64,000 nucleotides of DNA from a virus (IMGVR_UViG_3300021178_000001:50256-114255); one strand, 5' to 3'; counted from the first letter of the stretch, positions 38,868 to 48,641 are shown. The notes: generated from the sequence alone by a model not told the origin. Made by a program: numbers and translations.

Positions 38868-39074
38868 ATGATTAAAGAATTCCAAGAAGGTGAAGTTTAC
38901 CGTAACTCCAAACTTACCCAAGACGTCATGGTCTATGCCGTCGGAATAGACGATCCAGAAGAAGTAGTTCTAGCCGTTGGTTTTATAGATCGAGCATCTG
39001 AAGAGATGACCACTCCGGGCGAACTAACTGTCAAAAAAGCTGATTTCGGAGACTGGGAACTCCTCAAGTTATGA
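38868..39074 (+). CDS. Hypothetical protein (putative leaderless)
   Basis: TTTACT-17 nt-TACAAT-7 nt-ATG. Confidence 0.65.
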   Translation: MIKEFQEGEVYRNSKLTQDVMVYAVGIDDPEEVVLAVGFIDRASEEMTTPGELTVKKADFGDWELLKL

Positions 39075-39604
39075 GTGCGATAGACGACAAGCTCAAGCAG
39101 CTCAAAGAACAAGAACTTCAACTTCAGCGTGAAAAACGTAAAGTTGAACTTCTCAATTTGATCCTTAGTTCCACTAAGGATTTACCACAAGAGATTGGTT
39201 TTCCAGACGTCAAGGACGAGGTAGTTACTCTGTTGGGAGAGTTCGTGAAGAACGCTACTTGGGCTATCGAGACTGGGTCGGTGCTGTGTTACGAGGCGGA
39301 CAATAGAGTTCCGATTATCGAGACCACTCACCGCGCACCTCAAATTGTGAGTCCAGTAGAGCAACCAGTAAAACCTACACCTACACCTATAGCTAAAACT
39401 GGCGCACCAGAACTCAGTCCAAACGAAAAGTTGAACTTCGCGCTCGATAACCGACATTTGGGTGGTAAAAAAGTCACAGTCGCAAACGACAAGAACCTTG
39501 TCATCAACGGCACGGTTGTTGGACTCGACGCTCCTCACGTACTTGTTAAGACAGATACAGGACCTACCATAAAAGTGCCTTTGGATAACGTGAGTTTAGC
39601 ATGA
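39071..39604 (+). CDS. Hypothetical protein with coiled coil and small C-terminal beta domain
   Basis: ATGA-coupled ORF. Confidence 0.6.
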   Translation: MSAIDDKLKQLKEQELQLQREKRKVELLNLILSSTKDLPQEIGFPDVKDEVVTLLGEFVKNATWAIETGSVLCYEADNRVPIIETTHRAPQIVSPVEQPVKPTPTPIAKTGAPELSPNEKLNFALDNRHLGGKKVTVANDKNLVINGTVVGLDAPHVLVKTDTGPTIKVPLDNVSLA

Positions 39605-40053
39605 GTGATTTTTACGATAAAAAACAGTTGGACGAGGCGCAAGCTAAAATTCGTGAGAACGCAACTCCTCAACAGTTAAAGATGCTGGAGGATGCAGACG
39701 CTGCGTTTGATGAAGTTCAAGACGAATTCGTTCAACGTCAGAGCGAGGAAGATAAGCTCCGTAGATGGGCGTTTAATTTGTGTGGGTTCAACCTAGACAT
39801 GAGTGAGATTGAGCATCTAAGAGATGTAGCTAAAATGTTAACCCCGGGAACTACGACTACTTTCTTAGCCAAGCGTGGAGTTACGCAACTCTTTAAGACT
39901 GCTTTCGGCACCCTTGATCGAGTAGATCGTTATCTTCAAACTTTGGAACGCACGGTAATCGACATCACCAACAACAGTCAGTTTACACCGCTATCATTTT
40001 GTGATCTAATAAAGTTAGCTTTCAAACGTCTACTCAAGAGGAACCAACGATGA
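39601..40053 (+). CDS. Hypothetical protein
   Basis: ATGA-coupled ORF. Confidence 0.6.
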   Translation: MSDFYDKKQLDEAQAKIRENATPQQLKMLEDADAAFDEVQDEFVQRQSEEDKLRRWAFNLCGFNLDMSEIEHLRDVAKMLTPGTTTTFLAKRGVTQLFKTAFGTLDRVDRYLQTLERTVIDITNNSQFTPLSFCDLIKLAFKRLLKRNQR

Positions 40054-40676
40054 CCAACAAACGTAAGAACTCTAATCCAGTCGCAAAACAAGTTCACCCT
40101 CAACTGTCCTTCCAGCAGTTGTTGGCCGACGCTACCTTGGCTAAGTTTAGCGGATACATCAACGAACAAATTCAAGCGTTAGCTGAAAAACTCACGGAGT
40201 ACCAGGCCACACTGCAAAAGCAGTCTACACAGGACTTGATGACACGCATCGTCTCTTTGGAAGAGATTGTCATGCAGAATATTCCGACAGTCACTAAAGA
40301 AGTGTTGGCTTCTCAAGTTGCTACCGTAGAAGACCGCAGCGAGGGTCTCAACCAAGTCTCCGACGGTGAAGTTGAGCTCAACGATCGCGTACGCGTAGAG
40401 ATCAAGACTAAGACCACAGATCAGACTGATTTTCAAGGATCTTCTAGACTGCGCATCGACGGCGTCGGCAGCGGCAGTACTTTGGGTAAAGAACTCGAGG
40501 GATCTATCTTGGGTATGAAAGTTGGAGAAACTAAAGAAGTAAAGTTCGGCAAGGACGGAAACCTCATAGCTAGTATCTTGCTCAGCAGGACCTCGCGCGC
40601 TCCTAAGACAGAGTCTGCAGTGCCGCCTCCCCCTCAAACTGAAGGAGCTGCCAATGCCAGTGCAAATGCGGGGTAA
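40050..40676 (+). CDS. Protein with trigger-factor-type FKBP (PPIase) domain
   Basis: GEVELNDRVRVEI...FQG...VGSG...LEGSILGMKVGETKEVKF aligns by eye with the trigger factor PPIase domain. Confidence 0.7.
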   Translation: MTNKRKNSNPVAKQVHPQLSFQQLLADATLAKFSGYINEQIQALAEKLTEYQATLQKQSTQDLMTRIVSLEEIVMQNIPTVTKEVLASQVATVEDRSEGLNQVSDGEVELNDRVRVEIKTKTTDQTDFQGSSRLRIDGVGSGSTLGKELEGSILGMKVGETKEVKFGKDGNLIASILLSRTSRAPKTESAVPPPPQTEGAANASANAG

Positions 40677-40920
40677 GCGAGTGGGTGTCGAGAAACTAGG
40701 TAAGTCATCCAGTGACCCCAAGAGTCTCTTCGCCATGCCTGAAGACACCAGCGCCGTCGGAATTATACGCTACGTGGGCAGCGATCTAAAAGATCCAGAC
40801 CTCAAAGTCGGCACTAAAGTGTACTTTGGGGATCAGCGTCAGCAAATGAAGATCCACGGCATTGACATTCTAGTCATGGAAGAGACCAATGTGCTAGCCG
40901 TCGCTCAAGACGACACGTAG
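40654..40920 (+). CDS. groES: Co-chaperonin GroES-like protein
   Basis: KRVGVE...mobile loop...GIIRYVG...LKVGTKVYF...ILVMEETNVLA; 88 aa. Confidence 0.8.
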   Translation: MPVQMRGKRVGVEKLGKSSSDPKSLFAMPEDTSAVGIIRYVGSDLKDPDLKVGTKVYFGDQRQQMKIHGIDILVMEETNVLAVAQDDT

Positions 40921-40937
40921 AAATTTCTGGAGGGTGC

Positions 40938-41549
40938 ATGTCGAGAAAACAAGTGAGAGACGATCTTGAACGTTTTCATGACTATAGCATTTACTTGCCC
41001 TCTAGAACTATTTACATGGGATCGGAAGAGCATCACATAGAGCACGGTGACAGCGGTACGGACGGAGCCATGGCAGAGCGCACCGCTAAAAACCTACATA
41101 TACTAGACTCTATTTCCGCTGAACCGATCAACGTGGTGATGAACAACATCGGCGGAGACGAGTACGAGTGCTTTGCCATAATCGACGCGATCCGTCAGTG
41201 CCGTTCTAAAGTGATCATCACTGTAATGGGGCATGCAATGTCTGCGGGATCTCTGATACTTCAAGCGGCGGATGAGCGAGTAATGGCACCTTTGGCTGTA
41301 CAAATGATGCACTATGGAACTTGGGGTTGCATAGACCACTCCAAGACTTTTCAAAAGTGGGCCCGCGAGGGTAAGCGGATAGACGAGTGGATGGAGCAGT
41401 TTTATCTCGATAGAATTCACCTGAAGCACCCAGCATTCACTCTCAAGAAGTTGAAGAGCATGCTCGACCACGACACTTTCTTGACGGCCGAAGAGAGTGT
41501 AGCCTTGGGTCTATGCGACAGAGTTCTAGAATCAAGAGTCAAAGAGTGA
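40938..41549 (+). CDS. clpP: ClpP-family protease subunit
   Basis: NNIGG, GHAMSAGSLILQA (Ser), MMH (His), DTFLTAEESVALGLCD (Asp). Confidence 0.9.
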   Translation: MSRKQVRDDLERFHDYSIYLPSRTIYMGSEEHHIEHGDSGTDGAMAERTAKNLHILDSISAEPINVVMNNIGGDEYECFAIIDAIRQCRSKVIITVMGHAMSAGSLILQAADERVMAPLAVQMMHYGTWGCIDHSKTFQKWAREGKRIDEWMEQFYLDRIHLKHPAFTLKKLKSMLDHDTFLTAEESVALGLCDRVLESRVKE

Positions 41550-42316
41550 GCAACAAGAATCTAAAACAAATCTACGACCGCTCGTGTGAGCGTTCGATTC
41601 CAGAAAACAAGAGTAACTCTGGGCCAAGTATAAAACCGTCGATTTTAGGATCTCCGTGCTTGCGCAAAGTGTACTACTCGTACAACAAGGCGCCCGAAGA
41701 CATTCCGTTCCCACTGACTAGCTCAAGAATAACTAGTTTGGGAAATGCCATCGGCAAGATGTTGTTCGACGCCTTCGACAAGCAAGGCGTTGTCGTTAGA
41801 TTCAGAAAACCCGACGGCACTTATCATGTGGACCAGCACACTGGTGAAGTAGACTTCGAGTTTAGACTAACTTCACCTGAACTAGGAATTCGCCTTGGTA
41901 AGATTGACGCGGTTTTGATCTTAGACGACGGTTTGTGGTTGGGCGAGTTTAAGTCCATCAACGACCGCGGGTTCAAAGAACTCAAGGCTCCAAAAGGTGA
42001 CCACACTATACAAGGTGTACTGTACTTGTACTTGTTCAACAAAGCTCTCAAAGAAGGTGAGTTCAAGCACATTCCCGAATTAGCCAAGTTTGACAAGGCC
42101 AACGGCATCCGATTCCTTTATTACTACAAAGATAAGTCTGAACTTAAGGAATTTTTCATAACTACTGCGGACGAGTTGTTCAGACAAATTGTTCTGAAAA
42201 TTGAACAAGTTAAGTGGTTCTCGGAGAACAATCAGGTACCTCCTCCCACCGAAGACTACTGCAGGACTTGCGCCTATCAATTCAGGTGTCAAAAGAATAA
42301 AAAAGCAAACGACTAA
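41546..42316 (+). CDS. Cas4-like PD-(D/E)XK exonuclease with Fe-S cysteines
   Basis: PS...CLRK.YY, GKID, EFKS, Q...Y, CRTCAYQFRC; GTGA overlap with clpP. Confidence 0.85.
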   Translation: MSNKNLKQIYDRSCERSIPENKSNSGPSIKPSILGSPCLRKVYYSYNKAPEDIPFPLTSSRITSLGNAIGKMLFDAFDKQGVVVRFRKPDGTYHVDQHTGEVDFEFRLTSPELGIRLGKIDAVLILDDGLWLGEFKSINDRGFKELKAPKGDHTIQGVLYLYLFNKALKEGEFKHIPELAKFDKANGIRFLYYYKDKSELKEFFITTADELFRQIVLKIEQVKWFSENNQVPPPTEDYCRTCAYQFRCQKNKKAND

Positions 42317-42356
42317 ACTAGTATCCGTGGGATAAGTCTCCGGTATAATATAGTTC

Positions 42357-42542
42357 ATGGACGCGCTGGACTACAGGATTCTTACGAAACGACAAGAGCT
42401 TAGGGACTTACTAAGGTTTGCTCTTTCGCAAAGTACTGTATTTTTGCCCATGGTCAGGGACCTGAAACTTGAAATCTCAGTTTGTGACTGTGCTTTAAAT
42501 AAATTGTATCGTAGGCACGCTGTACGCGTTGTTTTACGCTAG
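42357..42542 (+). CDS. Hypothetical protein (putative leaderless)
   Basis: TATAAT-7 nt-ATG. Confidence 0.5.
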   Translation: MDALDYRILTKRQELRDLLRFALSQSTVFLPMVRDLKLEISVCDCALNKLYRRHAVRVVLR

Positions 42543-42557
42543 ATCAAGAGGAATTCA

Positions 42558-43508
42558 ATGAAGAAACTACTCATATTGTCAGCAATTATGCTCGGATTAA
42601 TGGTGGCGCCGATCGCAGTAATGAAGGCTGGTAAGCTAGCAGCTCACGCTACGTCGACTGAAGCAGTCAACGAGAACTATCAAAAACAAGCGCTTCCTTC
42701 ACAAAATACGGCGCTGTCCGTAGACGAACCAAAAATTTTCGACGTACAAAAGACTATCAATCTAGAAGACGACGATACCGTAGTCCTCAAGGGTCCGGTG
42801 ACAGACGACTCTGTCTCGGCCGTTGAAAAGAGACTTCAAGAGATCAGTCTTAAGCTCAGCAAAAACGCCCACATACGATTGGTGCTCGACACACCCGGAG
42901 GCGACATCACGGCTGGATCCGACTTGATCGACTTTGCAAAAGCCTTGCCTCAAAAAGTAGACACCATTTCTTTGTTCGCGGCGTCCATGGGCTTCCAAAT
43001 CGCGGAAAATCTAAATACCAGGTACATCACTCGTACCGGAGTCTTGATGAGTCACCGAGCACGTCTCGGAGGCCTCGAAGGACAAATCAACGGCGAGTTC
43101 GAGAGTCGCTACAAGATGATTCGTCGTCAAGTAGACTTCATGGAACTCATCGCTTCTAAGAGGATGGGCATCGACCTAGAGACGTACCGCAAAAAGATCG
43201 TGAATGAACTCTGGGTGTACGGCTTCGACGCTCTAGAAGAGAGAGTAGCAGACGAGACGGTTGCCGTGACTTGCGGCAAGTCGATGACTGGCTCATACTC
43301 TCAAGTGTTCAATACGATGATGGGTCCAGTTAAAGTCACTTTTAACAAGTGCCCACTCATCAAAGCTCCCGAATCGGTAGAACTTAGTCAGATCGTGATC
43401 GGAGAACAAGACAAGGTTGAAGCAGCCGTTCGCATGGCGTTCAACAACCAAAAGAAATTCGTGGACGAGTACATCACCACTAATCGTTTCTTCACCATTT
43501 TCAAGTAA
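42558..43508 (+). CDS. Exported ClpP-like serine protease
   Basis: N-terminal signal/TM segment; LDTPGG, AASMG, MSH. Confidence 0.78.
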   Translation: MKKLLILSAIMLGLMVAPIAVMKAGKLAAHATSTEAVNENYQKQALPSQNTALSVDEPKIFDVQKTINLEDDDTVVLKGPVTDDSVSAVEKRLQEISLKLSKNAHIRLVLDTPGGDITAGSDLIDFAKALPQKVDTISLFAASMGFQIAENLNTRYITRTGVLMSHRARLGGLEGQINGEFESRYKMIRRQVDFMELIASKRMGIDLETYRKKIVNELWVYGFDALEERVADETVAVTCGKSMTGSYSQVFNTMMGPVKVTFNKCPLIKAPESVELSQIVIGEQDKVEAAVRMAFNNQKKFVDEYITTNRFFTIFK

Positions 43509-43524
43509 AATCACACTCCTCAAA

Positions 43525-43548
43525 GGAGCGGCCAGGATCGGCCGCTCC
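43525..43548. repeat. GC-rich hairpin without U-tract
   Basis: GGAGCGGCC-6 nt-GGCCGCTCC. Confidence 0.65.
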
Positions 43549-43567
43549 CGAAAGTTCAGGACCACGG

Positions 43568-44029
43568 ATGGAACCTAAATCTAAGTTAACACTGTTAAAG
43601 CGTCCGCAAGACTTGGGCGCGGTCAACAACTTCTGGCGGTGTTGCCCGCTTTCTAACGAGTACTTGCCTGAAACGACGTGCCCAGAGGGTTCCCCCAACA
43701 TCGTTAAGGGCAAAATTGTGGAAGAACCTAGGTGCGCCTGGTGGCTGAACTCGGCTAACCACAACTTCTGTTTTTGGCGATACGTCAAAGATAAGTCGGA
43801 TTCCGACGGCATGATGCGCGAATTGGTGCAGTCAGAGCTAGCTGCCCTTTTTGGATGGTCTAACACTAAAACACACTTTATGCTAAAACAAGCTATGACT
43901 GAACTTATTGAAGCGATGCGTGTGTACGGCGCGAAAGACTTGCTGCAAGACTTGGAAGACAATGACTCGGACGTAGAGATCAGTTTAGGCAACCTCTTAG
44001 ACCCCAGTTCTGAAGACCATCTCGAATAA
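43568..44029 (+). CDS. Cys-rich protein with sigma70 region 4-like HTH
   Basis: ELVQSELAALFGWSNTKTHFMLKQAMTEL. Confidence 0.5.
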   Translation: MEPKSKLTLLKRPQDLGAVNNFWRCCPLSNEYLPETTCPEGSPNIVKGKIVEEPRCAWWLNSANHNFCFWRYVKDKSDSDGMMRELVQSELAALFGWSNTKTHFMLKQAMTELIEAMRVYGAKDLLQDLEDNDSDVEISLGNLLDPSSEDHLE

Positions 44030-44031
44030 AC

Positions 44032-44580
44032 TTGGATTATATGCAAATTAGTAAGTCATTATCTAGACATAGAGCTAGAAGAGCATGGGAAAGTTATTAT
44101 AAAGCATCAATCTTGCCAGGAATGCATCTCCATCACAGAGACAGTAATTCTAGAAATAATAGCATTGAAAATTTAGTAGTTTGTACTCCAGAAGAACACG
44201 TAGAGTTTCATAGACAATTAGGTCATAAAATTCAACAAAATTATATATTTAAAGCAAACTTTTTTGCCGACATGACGGTAGAAGAGCAAGAAGCATTCAG
44301 ACGGAAAGCAAGTGAATATTCTAAACGTAGGATAAATTTAAGTAGATCAGATCAAACTAGACTATTGTGTAAACTCAATAGTGCTCTTCAAGCTAACTCA
44401 CTTGAAATGATAGACGTTGAAACTGGTAAAATTGTAAGTGAGTTCTTTAGCATTAAAGAAGCAGCTGAAAAACTTGACATTCAACGTGCTCATATACGGC
44501 GAGTCATAACCGGCGAGCGCAAAGGTTGGAGAGGCTATGTCTTTAGATACAAAGAGTTCAGAAATGCAGGACACCTTTAA
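44032..44580 (+). CDS. HNH homing endonuclease with NUMOD1 domain
   Basis: HHRDSNSRNNSIENL; EFFSIKEAAEKL...GYVFRY. Confidence 0.85.
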   Translation: MDYMQISKSLSRHRARRAWESYYKASILPGMHLHHRDSNSRNNSIENLVVCTPEEHVEFHRQLGHKIQQNYIFKANFFADMTVEEQEAFRRKASEYSKRRINLSRSDQTRLLCKLNSALQANSLEMIDVETGKIVSEFFSIKEAAEKLDIQRAHIRRVITGERKGWRGYVFRYKEFRNAGHL

Positions 44581-45625
44581 GTTTGTAATTCCCGCAGACC
44601 TTGAAAAAGGCAAAGACGGCGAATGGAAGATTAGTGGTCTAGCTTCAACTCAGAAGGTAGACCTGCAAGGTGAAACCATAATTCAAAAAGGTATCGACTT
44701 AACTCCAATTGATAAGAAAAAAGGAGTGATTAATTTCGATCATCAACGCGGACCTGAAAACACTATAGGTCTTTTAGACGGGTACACTCGCACCGAAAAA
44801 GGACTTTTCATCGAAGGCCGTCTCTTTAAGAATCATACTAAGGCCAAAGCAGTGTATGAGATTATGTCTTCTTTGGGTGAGAACGATCGCGGTCGTGTAG
44901 GTCTTAGTGTAGAAGGTAAAATATTAAAACGCAGTTTGACTAATCCAGCAATAATTGAGAGATGCCAGATAAATGCAGTTGCTGTTACTCTTTCACCTGT
45001 AAATTCAGAGACTTTTGCAGATTTAGTTAAGTCTATGAACTCGGCCGATTCTGTGGAGTTCAACGCCGAAGAGCAAATCTCTGAGACTAATCCCAACGAA
45101 GCCACCTTTACTGCTGACCAAGTCATGGCTATCGTTCAAAAAGCTCTAGCCGTCGGTGGCCCCGCAGCGGTTGGTCCTCCGAACGCTAAGACAGGCGGTA
45201 ACGCTCTTCAGCCCTCCGACATGTCGGCTGAGCCAAAGAAGAAGAAAAAGCTCAAGAAGATGGTCTCCGGCATGTACAAGTCGAGTCTAGTCAGTATCCT
45301 CGACAAACTGCAGGTTTTATATCCCCAGTGCTCTCGCTCAGAGATCTGGGAAGCTGTAAAAGACCGGCTAGACACTAAGTTTGAGATGGAAAAAGGCTTG
45401 CGCATCAAGAATACTTCGGGCAAAGAGCGCGAGCACAAGTTGTACGAAGACGCCCGCCAGCGCGGCGACTACGAGACCAATAAAGATAAGTCGAGAGCTG
45501 AACTTAACCAACTGGCCGAGCAGTCGGGCGCCGGCAAGCACGACAAGCAAAAGATTAGGGCTCAACGCGACGCCGCAATTCAAGTCGGTGAGCGAGACCA
45601 CGTCAGACCCAACGTAAAAGGTTAA
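44537..45625 (+). CDS. Prohead protease with C-terminal extension
   Basis: GLAST..VDLQGE, NFDH, GLSVEG, VAVT..PVN. Confidence 0.88.
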   Translation: MSLDTKSSEMQDTFKFVIPADLEKGKDGEWKISGLASTQKVDLQGETIIQKGIDLTPIDKKKGVINFDHQRGPENTIGLLDGYTRTEKGLFIEGRLFKNHTKAKAVYEIMSSLGENDRGRVGLSVEGKILKRSLTNPAIIERCQINAVAVTLSPVNSETFADLVKSMNSADSVEFNAEEQISETNPNEATFTADQVMAIVQKALAVGGPAAVGPPNAKTGGNALQPSDMSAEPKKKKKLKKMVSGMYKSSLVSILDKLQVLYPQCSRSEIWEAVKDRLDTKFEMEKGLRIKNTSGKEREHKLYEDARQRGDYETNKDKSRAELNQLAEQSGAGKHDKQKIRAQRDAAIQVGERDHVRPNVKG

Positions 45626-45675
45626 AGAACAGTTTTGGTATAATTGAACTATATTCTTTTTGAGGAGACGTTACC

Positions 45676-45993
45676 ATGTTGACTGCAGACCAGAGAAAAT
45701 TATTCAGAATTGCTTTAGGATCTAAGGGTCTCGTGAGCCCTCACAGCTTGGCTGACGGTATCGCAGACCAAATCGATGCTCTCCACGTCATTGCTCCCGC
45801 AGCAGACGTTCCCGCAAACTCGCCCGCTTCCGCAGTCACCATCGCGCTGTCCACCGCCAACACTTATAGTGACTCGGCTGTAAATACAGCGGTAAACGCC
45901 GCGTTAGCTTCCGCCGTAGCAGACATCAATGCTGACCGCTTGCAAATTAATGCCATTCTGACAGCTCTCAAAGCTGCCAGCATCATGTCGTAA
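45676..45993 (+). CDS. Head fibre/decoration protein
   Basis: C-terminal INAILTALKAASIM motif; GAGGAG RBS; promoter motif at 45636. Confidence 0.6.
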   Translation: MLTADQRKLFRIALGSKGLVSPHSLADGIADQIDALHVIAPAADVPANSPASAVTIALSTANTYSDSAVNTAVNAALASAVADINADRLQINAILTALKAASIMS

Positions 45994-46010
45994 GTTTTAA
46001 GGAGTTTCTA

Positions 46011-46874
46011 ATGAGCACTGCACAAGTATCGCAAACTGAAGATTTGAACAAGTCGATCGACGCTTTATTGGACGAAGTGTTCAGCGACGTAGTAGAAAAG
46101 GGATCTCCCCTAGACCTAGCAGCCGACAACTCCAAGACTGCCGACGAAGCCGTCAACAAGGCTCCGAAGATGCAGATGGACGATGCTCGCGGCGCTGGTC
46201 GCCCCAAGCAAATTTCTGACGTTCCTCAAAACGACACCGACGGCCGCCGTGCTTCCGAGTACGACGACGCCATCGCAGAAGCTTCTGGCGCCAAAGAGCC
46301 GGACGAAGCCAAGAAGCAAGCTAAGGCTATCGATCAAGTCTCTTCCGAAGGTCACCTCAAGGACGGAAGTAAGGCTCCTCGAATGGCTCCTTTCAAGAAG
46401 TCTGAAGTTCAAATTTCTGAAGAAGAGTACCAAGAGTATGAAGAATTTAAAAAAGCCAAAGTCGAAGCAACTCAAAAGAAAGTCAAAGAAGAAGAACTTC
46501 GCAAAACTGAAGACTCTCGCAAGCAAAATGAAGAACTCATTAAGTCGGCGGTTGGGGCAGCCACTTCTAAACTTGCTAAAGAAAATGATGAGCTTCGTAA
46601 GTCTATCCTAGAGACGCAGAGTCTCATCAAGGCTATGGCTTCTCAGCCGATGACTTCCAAGTCTATCACCAACATCCAAGTTCTCGAGAAGAGTGCTCGC
46701 CCAGAAGAAAAAGGCAACGAGTCTTTCTCTAAGTCCGACGTGTTGGACGCCGCCTTCGAACTCGCTAAAGCCGGCAAGATCAGCTCGGAAGTTGTCTCTG
46801 AGATTGAGATGACGAATCGTTGTTCTGATCAAGGCGCTCGTGCCACCATCGAGAAATACTTAGAAAGTCGTTAA
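46011..46874 (+). CDS. Capsid scaffolding protein
   Basis: Acidic coiled-coil protein between protease and capsid; repeated LxKS motifs. Confidence 0.7.
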   Translation: MSTAQVSQTEDLNKSIDALLDEVFSDVVEKGSPLDLAADNSKTADEAVNKAPKMQMDDARGAGRPKQISDVPQNDTDGRRASEYDDAIAEASGAKEPDEAKKQAKAIDQVSSEGHLKDGSKAPRMAPFKKSEVQISEEEYQEYEEFKKAKVEATQKKVKEEELRKTEDSRKQNEELIKSAVGAATSKLAKENDELRKSILETQSLIKAMASQPMTSKSITNIQVLEKSARPEEKGNESFSKSDVLDAAFELAKAGKISSEVVSEIEMTNRCSDQGARATIEKYLESR

Positions 46875-47488
46875 TATTTAACGTACTTCTTCAAGTTATC
46901 TTTCGCCCAAAGTGGTTGCAAGTTTGAAAAGTGAACGGCGCTCTTTAGCTGCTCTTCGTCAGTTAAATCAAATGAACTCAACGGTTTAATGTGGTCTAAG
47001 TGCCACTTTCCGTGATTTTCCCAAGACATTCCAGGTTGGAACTTTGATTCTAGGTAGACTTTGAGTTCCTCTATAGAGCACCCCAAGTCTGTAACAGAAG
47101 AACCAGCTTTAAAGTTTTTCTTAAGAGCGGCGTTCAACCTAGACCTCAAGTTACACTGCAACTTGAAATTTACGTCGTAGCTTCGGCGTAGTTTGCGGTA
47201 CACTGCATTGTAGCGCTGCATTCGTTCTTTGTTGGCCAAGTAGTACTCTGCTTTTTGAGTCAGCATTTCCGATCTATTATCAGCGTAGTAAGCCTTGAAT
47301 TTCTTCAATAAGTTCTCTTTATTTGACGAGTAATAAAGTCTCTTTTTAGTCAAAATCTCAACTTTGTTCTTTTCGTACCTTTCTTTAACACACATTTTGC
47401 AGTACGGGTTTAACTTATCTTTTCTTTTTGAATCCTTTGAGAAAGAGGTGAAAGACTTAACTTCTTGACACATCGCGCACGTCTTCAT
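46871..47488 (-). CDS. HNH endonuclease (family A, third of tandem trio)
   Basis: CAMC/CKMC; WHLDHIKPL, NLQPLWAKDN. Confidence 0.88.
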   Translation of the reverse strand: MKTCAMCQEVKSFTSFSKDSKRKDKLNPYCKMCVKERYEKNKVEILTKKRLYYSSNKENLLKKFKAYYADNRSEMLTQKAEYYLANKERMQRYNAVYRKLRRSYDVNFKLQCNLRSRLNAALKKNFKAGSSVTDLGCSIEELKVYLESKFQPGMSWENHGKWHLDHIKPLSSFDLTDEEQLKSAVHFSNLQPLWAKDNLKKYVKY

Positions 47489-48084
47489 CTCGCACCCTTC
47501 TTTCTGTTCTCAGTCGCCCACAACGGCTGTAAGTTAGTGTAGTGAACTGCGGCTATGAATTGAGCGGCATCAGTTAAGTCAAAAGAACTCAAGGGTCTAA
47601 TGTGGTCGATGTGCCACCCGTCACGACTCCAGTTGTCCCAAGTCATTCCTAGTTGAAACTTTGACTCAAGATGGACCTTAAGTTCGTCTAAAGTACACCC
47701 TAAGTCTCGCACTGCCGAACCGTTTCTCCGTAAAGTTTTAGATAGTCTCGACCGCAAGTTGTCCGCCAACTTAAAGTTGAGGTCTTCTGCATATCGGAGA
47801 CGTTTCTTACGCAGTGATTCTAAGCGATTCTCTTTCACCCAAGTTCTAACGTTTTTCTGACGCTGGTCTGAGTTCTTTGTGTTCCAACTTTTTGTTTTAG
47901 TTAAAACTGACTCTCGGTTTCTTTGATACCACTCGGCTTTAATGGACTTAAGTTTATCCTTACGAGTTTGGTCTATGCTAGTCAAACATTTTTTACAGTA
48001 ATAGTGTAGACCGTCTTTCTCTGCTTTTCTGCGGTAGAAATCAGTTAGAGGCAGTAAATTTAGACATTTAATGCATGTTTTCAC
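47485..48084 (-). CDS. HNH endonuclease (family A, second of trio)
   Basis: CIKC/CKKC; WHIDHIRPL, NLQPLWATEN. Confidence 0.88.
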   Translation of the reverse strand: MKTCIKCLNLLPLTDFYRRKAEKDGLHYYCKKCLTSIDQTRKDKLKSIKAEWYQRNRESVLTKTKSWNTKNSDQRQKNVRTWVKENRLESLRKKRLRYAEDLNFKLADNLRSRLSKTLRRNGSAVRDLGCTLDELKVHLESKFQLGMTWDNWSRDGWHIDHIRPLSSFDLTDAAQFIAAVHYTNLQPLWATENRKKGAR

Positions 48085-48641
48085 TTGTTGTGCTTTCTGT
48101 GATTGTCTTCAGCCCACAGTGGTTGCAGGTTCGTGTAGTGCGAAGCTTTGGCGAACTCAACCGGATCCATCAAGTTGAACTTACTCAAGGCTTTGACGTG
48201 GTCCACGTGCCAGCCAGTCTTCGACCAATTCTCCCAGGTCATTCCGGGTTGAAATCGAGACTCTAGGTGTCGCTTCAACTCTTCGACCGAGCACCCAAGT
48301 GCCGTTAAAACCTTGCCGTGTCGCAAGAACTTTGTAATTCTGCTTCTAAGAATATCGGCTAATTTAAAGTTTACGTCAGTGTGGTACCTGCGGTATTTAT
48401 TTGCGTTTATCTTACTCCGGTTAGCAAAGTTCCATCGCTTTGACTTGTTTAAAACTCGTTCTTTATTCCTTAAGTACCACTCGGCTTTGCGCTGACTCTC
48501 CAAGTCTTTGTTCTTAGAAGCATAGTCGTGCGAAGCTTTTCTACTACACTCTTTGCACAAATTCTGTAGCCCGTCTTTGTTAGCTTTAGACTTACTGAAC
48601 TCCGCGAGTGGCTTCTCTATGCATTTCTTACACTTTTTCAT
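48081..48641 (-). CDS. HNH endonuclease (family A, first of trio)
   Basis: CKKC/CKEC; WHVDHVK, NLQPLWAEDN; TACGAT-6 nt-ATG. Confidence 0.88.
   Translation of the reverse strand: MKKCKKCIEKPLAEFSKSKANKDGLQNLCKECSRKASHDYASKNKDLESQRKAEWYLRNKERVLNKSKRWNFANRSKINANKYRRYHTDVNFKLADILRSRITKFLRHGKVLTALGCSVEELKRHLESRFQPGMTWENWSKTGWHVDHVKALSKFNLMDPVEFAKASHYTNLQPLWAEDNHRKHNK

Noticed and set aside
41546-42360. CRISPR-Cas locus suggested by the Cas4-like gene
   Set aside because: No cas1/cas2, effector genes or repeat-spacer array seen in the window
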